Below are positions 45,524 through 60,269 of a stretch of DNA of 64,000 nucleotides, one piece after another. Made by a program: the position numbers and the translations under genes. Within the stretch, counting starts at the first letter, position 1. Every line of letters begins with the position of its first letter. The notes under the pieces were generated by a model that was not told the origin of the DNA, searched no databases, and saw only the letters and a list, made by a program, of their open reading frames with translations. Origin of the DNA: Microbotryum violaceum (Eukaryota); assembly GCA_001244265.2 (NCBI GenBank), contig CDLV01000010.1:1612001-1676000 (forward strand), given 5' to 3'.

Positions 45524-46375
45524 TGGCCTTGAAAATTATGACTTCTTGGCGCCGCTGAATTGTTCGGTAGTGAAGGCCGAAGGCCCACTCTGCCCACGAT
45601 GTTGGCATTTTTTAGTGGGTAAGTTGGAATAATAATGTTGACCCCAGTAAAATCTAATTCAAGATTTCTGAATTCAATCGTAAGTGGCAGTTGTCGTCAT
45701 CGCTTGACTCGACAGTCGGGGCTCGTGGCGACACAGCTCTCGATCTGATATCAATCTGCGTTCAGCCGAAGGCAAGCCAACACCAGTGGATCTAGTAAGT
45801 GCAAGCAAAACCCATCGTGTGACATGAGACAATTACGCGCAAGTGGAGGCCAAGGTCGCACTTCAAGCAAGCGCGTCACCTCCTTGAAGTGCCAAGTTAA
45901 ATTCACTTCTAAGTCGAAATCTGCCGGCGGGCCTGCACTGCAGCGCTTGCCAGGTGCAGTGAGCTGCTGGCAGCGCTGGCAGGCTGGCAACCGAGGCCGA
46001 GTGCCAAGATCTGCCGAAGCACTCGGCTAAACTCACCGTCCCGCGCCTTCGAGCCCTCGAGTGGACGTCGATCTTGTCGCCGTGCAGCCAAAACCTCTGT
46101 CTACGTTGTTCACATACTCAGCAGGGAACCCAGCACACCCAACGGGAACGCACGGCCCTTGCTTCCATTTGGAAGCTGCGATACGTCACCCCCCTCCTTT
46201 GTCTCAGTCCAGGCGCCGTTGCTCGACCATCTCCTGAAGCACTCCAAGCTGCGAACCGATACGCGACCAAATCCGGCAAGACATTGACTCCGGACCGCTG
46301 ACTCCGGGCCACTCATCCCTCCCTGCGCCTCGATTCCTTCCTTGACATCACTACCTACAAGTCGGGCCCACGGTA

Positions 46376-49052
46376 ATGTTCGACAACATCAGCCCCAAGA
46401 CACGCGTGTGTGAGTTGGCCGCTCGCGCTGCCGAAATCCGTCCCTCCGTCTGGGCGACTAATACTGGCCCGTGGAACTGAGCCGCTGCCGCGAGGGCGGG
46501 TGCACGGCACTGCTTTGGGCTTCGGCGACTACCGGCGTGCTGATCATGACTCCTGGCCTGGGTAAACCCGTGATCTATAGGGGCCTTTTCGGCAATTGTG
46601 TCACTTTCGTCAAGCTTGTTCGGAGGTGATACAGGATCGATCGGTGCTATCACTGTGAGTTCGATGGCTAACACAGCCTTCCCAGGCCATCGCACAAAGA
46701 AGAATCTGACATCCGGTCACACATCGGATTCTTCTCATTTCGGAACATGCGCGACGTTCGGCCCCGTAGGCGATGCCCCAATTCATCGAACATTTTGGTG
46801 AACTCTCAGAGTTGTATGTTATGAGGTAGCGCACCTTCGGTCCGAGCATCACCGAACTGATGGTCCGCCCTCCAACAGTCTTCGAGGATTTGTCGTCGCC
46901 GTCATCCTCATCCCGTCGGCAATCACCGGCATGTTCGCCGGATCTGTCGCCGATCGAATAGGTCGACGTCGAACAGTCTCTGTGGGAACACTGATCTTCG
47001 CTGCCGGAATGGCGATGTGTGTCGCGGCGCCGAATCTGATCGTCTTTATCGTCGGTCGATGCGTGGCCGGAAGTGGGGAAGGTCTTTTCTTGAGCGCTGG
47101 CACAGTCTACTTGTGAGACGCTTCGGTACCTGCAACGAAGCTGTGGTGATTGACTGAAGGACACTCTTTCAAACCAGATGCGAGATTTCCCCCAAGGCAT
47201 TGCGGTGAGCATAAACTTCTCCAGCGAGACGAGAAGCAGAAGAAAGAGACTGGAGGCTAATGCTCAAGTTCTGCCGAATAGGGGTCGGATCATGACCATG
47301 TATCAAATGTTCCTTACTGGTGAGCCTAGCCTCCTTTTCAGGATTCAGGATTGATGCGTGCCCCTTCTCATCTGACTGCGTCATGTATTGATTCGATAGC
47401 GGCATTGGCTCTCGGTTTCTTCGTTTGCTACGGCACAATTCGAGTCCAAAGGTAAGGATTGCGGTCCTAGTCCGGCTTTCCGGACAGAGATGTTCGCAAG
47501 TGCCGACTCCGATTTTGACCTTGTTGCTAGCAAAGCTCCCTCGCTTGGCGACTGCCCATTATTATTTCTGCAAGCGTCGCTTTCTTGACCGGGATTGCGT
47601 CACTGCTCATCCTCCCTTACTCCCCTCGATGGCTCGTTTCGCAAGGGAGGAAGGCAGAAGCCGAGGCGGTCTTGAGCTTGATCACAAGTGGAGACGAGGA
47701 GGAGCGTAAGGAGCTACTGCAGTTGCCTCCGAGGGGTGACAAAGCAGGCTGGATCGATATCTTCCGGAAAGGGGTTCGAGGCCGAACCCTTCTTGGAGCA
47801 TTCTTGAATGTATGTTCTCGTTACGCACTTGATCCTGATCGATCGAACCGAGTTGTGTGACTTACTGACAACGGCCACGTTTATTCTCCCACGCAGATCT
47901 TCCAACAACTCAGTGGCATTGACTTTGTGCTGTTCTACGCACCTCTGCTCTTCGCCCAAGCTGGTCTCGATCCGAAGACGTCGGCCTTTGTCGCTTCGGG
48001 TGTGACGGGTGTGGTCTTGTTCGTGATGAGCGCCATCTCGGCCACGTATGTTGACCGAGCTGGGAGGAGAACGCTGTTCCTGGTGCGTCAGATATGACCG
48101 TCTCGATGTCCTGACGGAGTGCTCTTTGTGTTGGTGCTGACGAACCCCGAGCTTCCCGTTGACAGCGGGGAGGTCTGGGCATCGCCGTCTGTCATACGCT
48201 CATTGGGGCGCTATGTGAGTCGACGAAGTGCCAATACCTTTGAAACTGATATCGACTTTTCACGGATTCTGCCTTCGTCACCGACTTCCAGATGCTTCCG
48301 GCGCTGCATATTCACCAGGTGGTAAATGGGCGATCATCGTCTTGATCGAACTCTTCGCCATTCTGTTCTCGGGGACGTGGGCGATCGTTGTACGGATCTA
48401 CAGCACCGAGATTCAACCTAGTCGCACAAGATCAGCGGCATCTTCCTTCTGTATCGGAGTGAATCAACTCGTCAACACACTCGTCGCGTTGACCAGTCCG
48501 GCTTTCCTCGCTAAGAGCCCTTATGGTAAGTGTCTTGTGCAATGACTCTCGATATAACGATGCTGATTATTGGCTTTGCATCCGATGTAGGCCCTTACTT
48601 CCTTTACGGCGGTTTGTCGGCTTTTGCGACCGCTGTCGCGTACTTGTATATGTGAGTGCGACTCGTTGACCTGGAGTCAGAAGACTAGTACTGAGACGGG
48701 GTGCATCGGCCTGCAGGCAAGAAACGATGGGCAAATCACTTGAGAGGTAATCGCATTTGGAAGTGCTGCATCGTCTTCAAGATTCGCAAACTGACCGTGC
48801 CCCGGTATACTTGTGTCGCTTAGTATCGACACCTCCTTCCATGAATCGCCCACCGCCGTGAACTGGCCCCCTTCCCTCCTGCTCAACAGCGCTCGTCGGA
48901 CGCAAGCTGAAGCCACGCGCCGCCCTTCACGAGGGTCGAATTCCAGGCCAAACGAGAACGGAAGGCCTTCGTTCTCAAACAGATACAAGATGGAGAGGTT
49001 GGGCAGTGATATGGGACCTGAGGGGCTACAAGGAAGTGCGATTGAGGAATGA
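46376..49052 (+). CDS. MFS sugar porter family transporter (many short exons)
   Basis: GGDTGSIG, ADRIGRRRT, GRCVAGSGEG, LPYSPRWLV, FQQLSGIDFVLFYAP, VDRAGRRTL, YSTEIQP and ETMGKSLE motifs. Confidence 0.9.
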
Positions 49053-49372
49053 TTGTGTCGCAGGGACTCGGACGATGCCATTCTTGTCATGCATGGTGAT
49101 TCTTCCTTTCCAATTTGCAATGAGTATGTCGGTCAAGCGAAAAGCATTGACCTATTACGGGCGGATAGACCAAATTTTCGCGGCAGATGGACTCTTTCGC
49201 AGCTAATCGCGGTCTCCGCTGTCCGTCCGAACGGAGGGGTCCGAGCGCGTCAAGGAAGCCCTCCTGTGTCCTCGCGAGAGGGGGTCGGCGAGCTCTAAGA
49301 CGAGATCGCACAGCTTTTAGCTTCCACGCTTGTTCCCTGCCCTCTCCTCGCATCATCAACAGCTACCTGAAC

Positions 49373-52300
49373 ATGTTTTACAACGTTGTGGGTGTTGATG
49401 AACTTGAGCTTGGGTTTAAGTGTCGTTTTTTTGATTCAAGTCCTGATCACTCGAAGTTAACGCGATTCATCACCGCTCCGTAGGACATCCTTTCCCGCCG
49501 TCGACACGGCTTCGGCATCTACTGGCTCGCGGCGACGCTCGGCTCGCGAGGCGGCGTCGCATCCAAGAAGTTGACACGCAAAGAGGTCATGTCCTGCAAC
49601 CTCGTAATTGCGTGCCAGAAATTGGCGACCCCGGATGAGCCTCTTGCGCTGAGGCTGCAGAGCAACCTCTTGTGTGGGATCGCTAGGGTTTATCAGCAGC
49701 AGGTCAGGGGCATCCAAGCTTCTCTTCGTGTGGGGACGGAGGTGCCCCTATCTTGTCTCATCCACTAACTCGGGCCAATGCCTTGCCCTAAACCAGTGGA
49801 CCATATACTCGGGAGAAGTGATTCACTTTCATCAACATCTCAGAAAGGCATTCTCTGAAGCTCTTAAACGGTCAGACTTTTCATTTCCGGGTCTGCGATC
49901 GGGACTGCCGCTCGGAGTGGCGCAATCTGCTTATCTCAGCGACCTGGTATTTTGCCTGCACCGACCTTTCACCAGTGATACCGAAGCAAACGACCAACAA
50001 CTCGCAACTCCTCAAGTAGCGACCCACACTGCACGCAACCAGATTACTCTCGGCTGGGATCCGGCTCTTGCGGTGCTCGGCTGGGACGCCGAGTATGAGC
50101 AGATGATCGATTGGTCCGAGACCGCAGCAATGAAGGAGGTGGGAGAGGCTATTAAGGAACTTTCGAGTGGTCTGCAGATCGAAAAAGATGCGGGTGGGTC
50201 GACGTATTTTTGCTGCGGGTTGCAAGCAGCACGAATCAGTTCCAGGCGCCGTATATACGGTCGGTGCTGATCCTCCTCGTTATGAACACTTTGCCCATAC
50301 GAAGCTCCAGACATCTCTCGGATCACACTGCGCGAACCACATCTCGAGCAGTATCGCGCGGAAGACGTGCCCGCCTACGGCTTCGACGAGGGTTTAGGGG
50401 CTGATTTCGAATTCGGCGAAGGGGATCTGGTACGTTCTTGTTCAGCACCTGAAGGATCTTGAAATCCACAGCTACCCACTTTCCCTTGACTTGATTCAAT
50501 TATGACAGGGACTCTTGGAAGGGCAGTTCCCCGAACTCGACGAACAGATCCGCGCGGCGTACTTGCGAGCCAAGTCCGCGGCAGCGAGTCTGCGTGGGGC
50601 TGATTGGACTTCCAGCGTCGGTGGAATCTTGCCTGACGTCGAGGACATGGGAGGGTTTGAGCAAGAGTGAGGAAATACGCTTGCCGCACCTCTTCGCACA
50701 CGTAGTGCAGTCGAACTAACGAGGGAAATATCACAGCTTTGCTATGGAGTTCGGTGGGGAAGGCTATGGCACGCCTGAAGTTCAGGGGGACTTGCCTGGG
50801 GTAGGCATCTTTTTCGCAGCCTGTCGCTGTGACCTATGATAGATCATGAGTTCTTACTACTCGATACAGGAACCCTTGCCTCCGGGCGCTGAAGAACTTT
50901 CCCGCCAACCAGAGGATGGAGAAGTGGTCCCCGAAGCTGTTCGAGCTGCCCTAATCGCTCGTCAAGTTGCTAAGAAGCCAAAGGTGTGTTCGCAAGTTTC
51001 AGACCGAAGCTATGGCTCACATGCTAACACTTAACCTCATAACAGAGAGGGATGATCGACAGTCTAACTGCGTTGGACGACAACACCATTCGAGAGATGC
51101 GTACCTCTTATGCCGACCGCATGGAGGAAGAACGAGACAGAGCCGCGGCGCAGAGGGGAGCGAGGGAAGCGATCAAGGCGGGGATGGACGCTCTTTTTCG
51201 ACCCCCTCCTGGATGTAAGTGGGTTCTTGCTCTAATATTTGATATTTAACTGACTTTCAGAGAGCATGCAGTCGAAGGAGGACCACTTGGAGACTGTGAG
51301 TGATGGTTCATGCCTGTGCGCCATTGAATAACTGATCTCGTGTCAGCTTTCAGTCTGGCACTCAACGGTCACGGACTCTCTCGTACCTCTGGGAGGAGGG
51401 CGAGCCAGTGGTCAGCCTTCTTGTATCTCCGTGATTGTATCACACGCCTCTGACTTCGTGACTTTACATGGCAGGCGACCGTCAAGCTCGCGCCCCCGGC
51501 ACGCCACCGACTGTGGAAGAGGCTCGAGCAGCTGCGGCGAGGATGAGGGTTTCATCTGTCGAGTTTGGCCGTCCATTCGAACGCGGATTCTCTCCTGCTC
51601 TAGAATTCGGAGGCGAGGGATACATGGGTGAGTCGACGTGTTTCGCTTACGATTTCGGTTGTCAGGAGCTGACTCCCTCGTAATTCTTGCAGGTCCCGAC
51701 TTTGAGGACATGGGAGGGCTGGACATTGCGGCAGAGTATTTCCCCGAGGTCAGTGCAAATCACGGCATACAGCAGTAACAGAATTAATCAGAATCTGATT
51801 TCGGGATACTGCTGGACCGTTAACAGCCTGAAGTAGGCCGCGCGGCTTCCCACCGCGAGTCAGTGATGCCTTGGCATGCTGAAGATGTAACCAGTGATGT
51901 TGGGGCTCCTGATTATGGTGAGTTGTCATGCTGAGTTATGATGAATTCGATCTCAGAACTGACGTCTTTCGTATCCAACACTCCCTGTGTGGACAGAAAG
52001 AGCATCCTCTGCTCTCGGTCGCGTGTCGCTCGAGACCCCTGTGCGAGCCCGAGCACGCACCGCTTCCCTCTTGGGTCGTTCTCGCCCTCCTTCGGTCCTT
52101 CAGCCCGAAGTGGCAAAAGGTAAGATTCTGTAAGCTGTCTATCTCAGCTTTAGTATGTAGGAACCTGAGACCCCTTGCGCTTGTCCACAGTCGCCAAATC
52201 CAAAACGACCACTTCCGACCTCGGTGTACCTCAAGAACTCGAATCGCTCAAATTCCTCGCTTACGCGCGTCGAGTCCAACCGACCGTGGCCGAGGAAGAT

Positions 52301-52477
52301 GGAACATTCCGTTTTGTGGACTTGGTTCCTAGGTACCAGTCGGTCAAAAGTGTTGCGGCGATCGGGTTTTATCATTTGTTGGTCTTGGCGACGAAGGAGG
52401 AGATTGAGGTGGTGCAGGCGGAGTCATTTGCCGAGGTGAGAATGGGGGTCGGGCTGGGAGTTGAGATTACAAGCTGA
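49373..52477 (+). CDS. REC8: Rad21/Rec8 kleisin, most likely meiotic cohesin Rec8
   Basis: N-terminal MFYNV|DILSRR..GIYWLAATLG..KKLTRKEV..PLALRLQSNLLCGIARVYQQQ. C-terminal winged-helix AAIGFYHLLVLATK..VVQAESFAEV. The LRLQSNLL and FYHLLVL variants are more Rec8-like than Rad21-like. Confidence 0.8.
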
Positions 52478-52817
52478 TAGTACAAGCTGAGAGTTCTTTG
52501 CTCCCTCTCTATTCATGCTTACAGATCAGCATCAACCTTCTTTAAAGGTGCATTGAGTGGGGTGGAGGGCCCGGATCTGAATTTGCCTGGCTAGATCGCG
52601 GATGATTCGTTCATTAAACAATCTTAAACTCATTTACCCGAGAAGACAGGCGACGCCTTTTGTAACTACCACGGTACGGTACGATTGCGATACACGAACA
52701 AATTCATGTAATCAAATGTTAAATATGCTGATAGACAAGCGCAAGCGAGTACAGAGACACACAGTCGATACCTCTTGCAACAGTTGAAACCTTCCGACCT
52801 CAAGCCTAAAAGCAGAC

Positions 52818-54876
52818 TCAGTCTTCATTCTGAACCTTCCCACTTTCGCTGGGCACAGCTCCACCACTTCCACCCTCTTCGAATTTTGGTACGAAGATCT
52901 GCGGTTCCTCCGGGACTACCATCGCGGGATCGAACGCATCTTTGGGCTCGTCCATGTCGGCTCGGATACCTTGGTAGGTCGGGAAACGAGGGATGCGGCT
53001 TGTTGTCAGGTTTTGGAATCGGTAGGTGATGATAGAGCCAATCTGAGTCGTCGAGTCAAAGTTTGCACGTCAGTAGGGTTGTCGTGACGTACGAGGAGGT
53101 CCATATGTGGTGGGTGACCTACGGGTGGTGGATCCGAGCGTTGCGCGTCCGAGAGACCCGAACCAACGCTGAAGCGTTTTCCCGACTCCGTTTCGCAGAT
53201 CAAGGATCCAGTCTCTCCGATGTACTTTCCCTGTGTCGGATAACATAACGGAGATCAGACTGTGCATCTAGGCGACGTTCACAGGTGACCGAGCCGCGTG
53301 ACTGACCGTGCCAACCACGTGACCGATGACTCGAGCCTCGGCATCGTAGAACGACTTGACCTTCAAAAGCGACTTATGACGACGTCCCTCGTACATTGAG
53401 CCGGGTGCACGAAGCATCAAACTGCAAGGGAAAAGAGCAACTTTGGCTAAGCTTGGGGCCAGACTGACTCGAAGATGAGAAAACCACCCACCCTTCACCA
53501 GCTCCAGCTTGAACGCGCTCGAGCTCCTCATAGAGATGATCGAGGGACAAGCATTCCTTATGGGCAACGACGGCGATCGGGCCATCTGGACTGGCGAAGG
53601 AGGCCAGCGCGCGATGTCGATCCTCGAACTTGAGATGCGAGAGCGAGGGAATGTCGAAGATCTGCTCAGTCGGCGCAGGGCTCAGCCACTGCACTCGACT
53701 CTTGACAGTGAGATAAGAATACCACCCACCATGAACTTGATCGGTTTCCAATCCTCCTCGTCTGGTTCGATACGACGCACAAGACCCGAGATCTCATCGA
53801 AGCGATCACGACCGAGCCAGAATTCACCGTCCAGCGAGACCCCGCGAGGAAGCTCTGTGGTAGTGAGACACCCTCGTCAGACTATGTTTCGCCGCATCTC
53901 ATCGTAGACGAGCCACTCACTTTCGAGGAAAGATTGGGGCACGCCAACGAACTGCTTGGCATTGCGAGACCACATTGCGCCGTGCCCATCCCAGTATGCA
54001 CGAACTCCATCAACTGCCGCGAGTGAAAAAGCGCTCGATCTCAGCCCTGGATATCGTCACTGGGCACTCGAGAGGCACACTCACGCTTCTCTGATATCCA
54101 GTAACCAGTCGGATCCATCTTTTCGTTATTGAACTTGTGTGCCAATAGCAAAGGCCTCGGTCCAGGTTCGGATCGACCGGTCTCGAGTGCCTTGTCAACA
54201 TCGACAGGTAACGCCGCAGTCTTGGCCTTGGCGTTCGAAGCGGTCGTCGACTTGGCCCTGGTCTTGCGCACCTTCTTCGGGGGGTCACCATCGGGATCAG
54301 AACCAGGTTGAGGTGCGCTCGAGGCTGCGTCTTGGGCCGCGGGGCCCGAAGGGGTCGACGACGAGGCCATGGGAACGGCGGCGTAGAGTCGAGCGGATTT
54401 GGCCGCCTCGGCCTTGCGCTTCTCTGCCTGAGCCACAGTCTCTGCTAAACCCGTGCGTTGCGTCTCAAAACTACGAGTACAGCATACACGATAAGATGAG
54501 AAAGATGTCAACCCCTCTCTTGAGTTGACATCGCGTGAGATGACGCGTGTCTCGCTCGTGCCTTTTGGTCGCCTCGCATAACTCACTCTGATCCCAGCAC
54601 TTCACGAAGATGCTTGCACGTCTTGGCCCCCCTCTGACCGGGACTGAACTTCCATGCGGGGCACGAGCAGATGTACATATTCTCGGTGGGACTATGGGGT
54701 GGAAAGCATCGAATGTTACTTGCGTCAAGCGCGTCAGTGCCGGCGGTCGGTCGTACCAGTTGAGGAGGGGAAAGAAGGGCGACCTACTGAGTGAGCGTGT
54801 ACAGCGAGCTTTTTTTGGACTTGGATTGGGTATATCGCGTCTCCCCGACGTGCCAGTCTGGCATCAGGGACTGCAT
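52818..54876 (-). CDS. Minimal ATP-dependent DNA ligase with N-terminal SWIM zinc finger
   Basis: YICSCPAWKF...KTCKHL (SWIM). Ligase motifs YWISEK|LDGVRAYWDG (I), LDGEFW (III), FMV|FDIP (IIIa), GEG|LMLR (IV), LLKVKSFYDAEA (V). OB fold FSVGSGLSDAQR...IITYRFQ...PRFPTY. The start codon is approximate. Confidence 0.88.
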
Positions 54877-56193
54877 CGTGGTACGATTCGACGTGACGAG
54901 GTGCGCGCCCGACGAGGGCAGAAGGCAGTAACCGATCGTGCCCGGCGCGATGTCATTCAGTCCAACTCGGCCGACTCTGACGCCGAGGCCGCGGACAGGA
55001 GCATCGAGCTCGAACGGCCGTAGCCCGGCCGCAACACTGAACGCCGATCGAATGCACCGCTCCCGAAGAATCCGCCATAGATTCTTGACTGCTGAGGTGC
55101 CATCGAGCCATCGTAGGTGGGCTGCTGCACCCCATTGTAATGGGCCCGAGCCGTCGATGTTGCTTCGTCGACTAGTGCGCACGTCCGTCCTCGCGGCCAA
55201 TTTCCAAGCACATCGATGCAACTTGTAGACGGCCTCATACCCAGAGAGCACCGTCGACATCCCATCCCAAATCGATCAAGTACTGAGAGCCGGAGGCGGG
55301 GTGATGGGTGAGGGACTGATGCCGGTGTGAGCGGAGTCAATGCGATTCTCCGCCTGTCTCGCTCAACGAAGCGGCGGTGGCTCGCAAGCCCAAGCGCATA
55401 TATCCAGCTCTGTCCGTTACGATTTTCCGGAGGAATTGCGTCGAAGAATCGGCATTGTTCAGCAGAGAGAGGTCTGTGAAACATCGAAAATCGGAGCGAG
55501 ATATCTTCGGACTTCTGGACTGAGTTCACCAAGGCACATGGGCTATCGCCGGATTACGTAACCTAGTAAGCTTGCCCGTTCGTCCGGCGACAGGCCGAAC
55601 TGAGTGTTTTGGTCCATATAACCGGTTTGGAGTGTTGCAACAATAATGCAATGCTCACCATTGAACGTTGAACTTGGCGCTACTACCATTTGGTGCCAAG
55701 CGAGACTTGAAACGACTGCAAGAGTTACCGGTAAGCTTGAGGAAATGTCACCACTGCACGGCCTTGTGTGTCCTTTTACAGCCGGGTAATCCGAGTCAAA
55801 CTCTGCCCAAAAACAGTAAACCCAATGCTGTCTCAGCTGTTGAATGGGTCACGTCTGCCACCAACGATCCATGATCTGCTCCGCTTATATGCTGAAGGCT
55901 CGGCTCCGCACCGGCACCGGCACCGGGCTATTAACCGCGACCGGAACTTGGCGCTCGCGGAATCGAACCTTCGCTCTTCGTTCTTGCTTCTCTTCTTCCC
56001 ACCGAACGCACTCGAAGCGATTATTCGTTTCAGCCATTTCATTAGGTGAGTCTATCACTACTGAGGTCTGAGGCTGTAACACAATCACTGCATCTTTCAT
56101 CGTCTGTTCGAATACGTGGCCAAGCCCATCGCAACCCAACTCGTCCCGTCTTTCGCAAGCAGATCCCCCTCAAGCGCCCAATCCTACTCAAAC

Positions 56194-57773
<1,580 letters not shown>

Positions 57774-58482
57774 ATGGCGGGAGTGTAAAGTGGGAGATGT
57801 AGGAGTGGGGTTTGTGTGTATCATGTTGGGACTGAAAAAACACCAATTGCTGGTTATGTCATCGAATGGGATTCTCGGCCTCGGAAGCCGAGAGAATCTT
57901 GATCTTGCCGCGGCTCCGAAGTGGACCTCCTGTCCCTGTCCTTCGAAGGAAGCACATGATCGGCTCAGGGGATGGTCGGCGGAGAGCATGCTGAACCCTT
58001 ATAATCTGGTGGACGGAAAAGTGTGGCCTTTGAATGCTTTACATTCTCATGCACCAATCGAGATTCTCAAGGTGTCTCCCAACCCCACTCGGGATTCTCA
58101 AGTGCGCGCGAACGTGATCCGCGTCCGACACACCCGGGTCGGGGGACGCGCTCGCGCTCGATTACCCCCACTCACTCGGCTTCTCACCCTTCCAGATCCG
58201 GCCTCGTCATCTCGCCATACTACCCATCACAACGCGACATCCTGTTCAGGTCAACCTACGCTCTTTTTAGCGCGCTGGACACTCGCTCTACCCGCCTGTG
58301 ATCGTTGCTTTGAGTCCCATTTTGCTCTCGCGTGGGGGTGTCACCTCGGGTTGGGATTGTCGTCGGCGGGGGCACGGCGAACAACGACGGACGAGCGGCA
58401 GCCACGATCGGAATCGGACGTGGCTTCGGACCCCAACGAGTTCGTCCGTTCCATCATCCGAATCATACCGAGTTAGATCGCG

Positions 58483-60269
58483 ATGAATACACTCTCGTAC
58501 CTTTCTTCTTTGCTGCTTCCAACAACACGAAATGTGACGCCGCTACACCAACAAGACCCATCGTCGCCGACCGTTCCCCATGACGACAAGCCGACCATCC
58601 ACGCCGATGACCCTACTGCCTCGACGACGACAATCGAGGCCTTAGGGGCCGAAGATGAGGCCAAGGTGGAGGAACTGTTGGCGCAGGCGCTGAACGCGAG
58701 TGGGGATACGTTGTATTTGAGCGCGAGGAGGAGGAGACGGTCAAGTGGAGCCGCTGCTGGTAGGGGAGATTCGCACGTGGGTGGGGCGAATGGGCTCGGA
58801 ACAACGGTGGACGACGCTGGTGCACCTTCAGCAAATTTGGATACTGCTACTACAACAACGACCACGACGGATGAAGAGGATGAACCAGTCGTGCGGATAT
58901 CGACCGCACCACCCCCGCATTTGGTCGACATTGCGAATGCGCAAGGCTTGACGCGCAAGATCAGTCTCCGATCCAAATCGAGTGCCACATCACCCGTAAT
59001 ACTGGATCAAGAGTACAACGAGAAATCTTCTTTGGATTCGACAACCACAACACCGGTGGACAATGACGACGACAGTGAAACGAAGGAGGTCGAACGGCGA
59101 CATGCGCAAAAGAACCTCGAGTACAGGCAACGGGTCCTCTCGCCACCTCGGAGGAGCATGATTGGCTTGCTGAGGCTGCCAATCCCTGGGTTGACGTCGT
59201 TGTGGAGCTTGTTCAGGAGCGTATGGGCATTTTTCTCTGGCACGAGGGTCCGTCCGGTACCGGCAGTGATAGAGACGAGCGTAATCGAGCAGCACCCAAC
59301 GATCGACCTGAGCGACGGTGGCAACGAGTTGGCCGAGTCGTTGGAAAAAGCAGCAGCCGCAGCAGACCCCAAAACTACATCAACACATACTTCCACAAAG
59401 TCTTTTTCGTTCTTTCGGCGGAAGCCTTCGTCTTCGTCTGACCTCACGCACACGACCCCGTCGATCATTAAACCACCGACTCAACCTCCGCGTCTCACTC
59501 CCAAGGTCCTCGTCCTTGATCTCGACGAAACGCTCATTCACTCGACGTCGAGGCCGTACGCGAGCTCCAGGAAATCGGCTGGTCTCAAGGTTAGGCTTGT
59601 TGAGGTTGTCTTGGAGGGCAGGAGTACGGTTTACACCGTTTACAAGCGGCCATGGGTCGATTATTTCTTGCGCAAGGTGAGCGACTTGTTCCCGAATGGG
59701 CCTAATCGAGGTTCGTCTAACTGATATTGATTCATTCGTCTTGCAGGTCTCGACTTGGTACACCGTCATCATTTTCACTGCTTCGTTGCCCGAGTACGCC
59801 GACCCGGTTATCGATTGGCTCGATGGAGGAGACGGCGGAGGAGGAATGGTTGGAGGGCGCTTGTTCCGCTCAGTGAGTTATCTCACGCTGCTTCACGGAA
59901 GAAGTTCACTTTGCTGAGCGCTCGGTACTGCCAGGATTGCCTCCACTCGAATGGTGCTTACGTCAAGGACCTGAGCGTCGTCGATGCGGACTTGTCCAAA
60001 GTGTGCTTGGTGGACAACTCACCCGTGTCTTATGCTATCAACCAAGGTGAGCTATAACAGAGATTGAGAGCCGCCCATCCCAGTATCACTTATGATCGGA
60101 AACCTCCGCCTTATACGCTTTTGTTTCAACAGCCAACGGAATCCCGATCGAAGGCTGGATCAATGACCCCAATGACGAATGCTTGCTCGACCTGCTACCG
60201 ATGCTCGACTCACTGCGGTTTACCAACGATGTCAGGCGCGTACTTGGCCTCAGAGGGTTCGGCAAATAG
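58483..60269 (+). CDS. NEM1: NIF/FCP1-like HAD phosphatase, Nem1/CTDNEP1 type
   Basis: [63 protein letters not shown] and [17 protein letters not shown]. Confidence 0.85.

Noticed and set aside
55908-55926. (GCACCG)x3 tandem repeat
   Set aside because: Ordinary short microsatellite.
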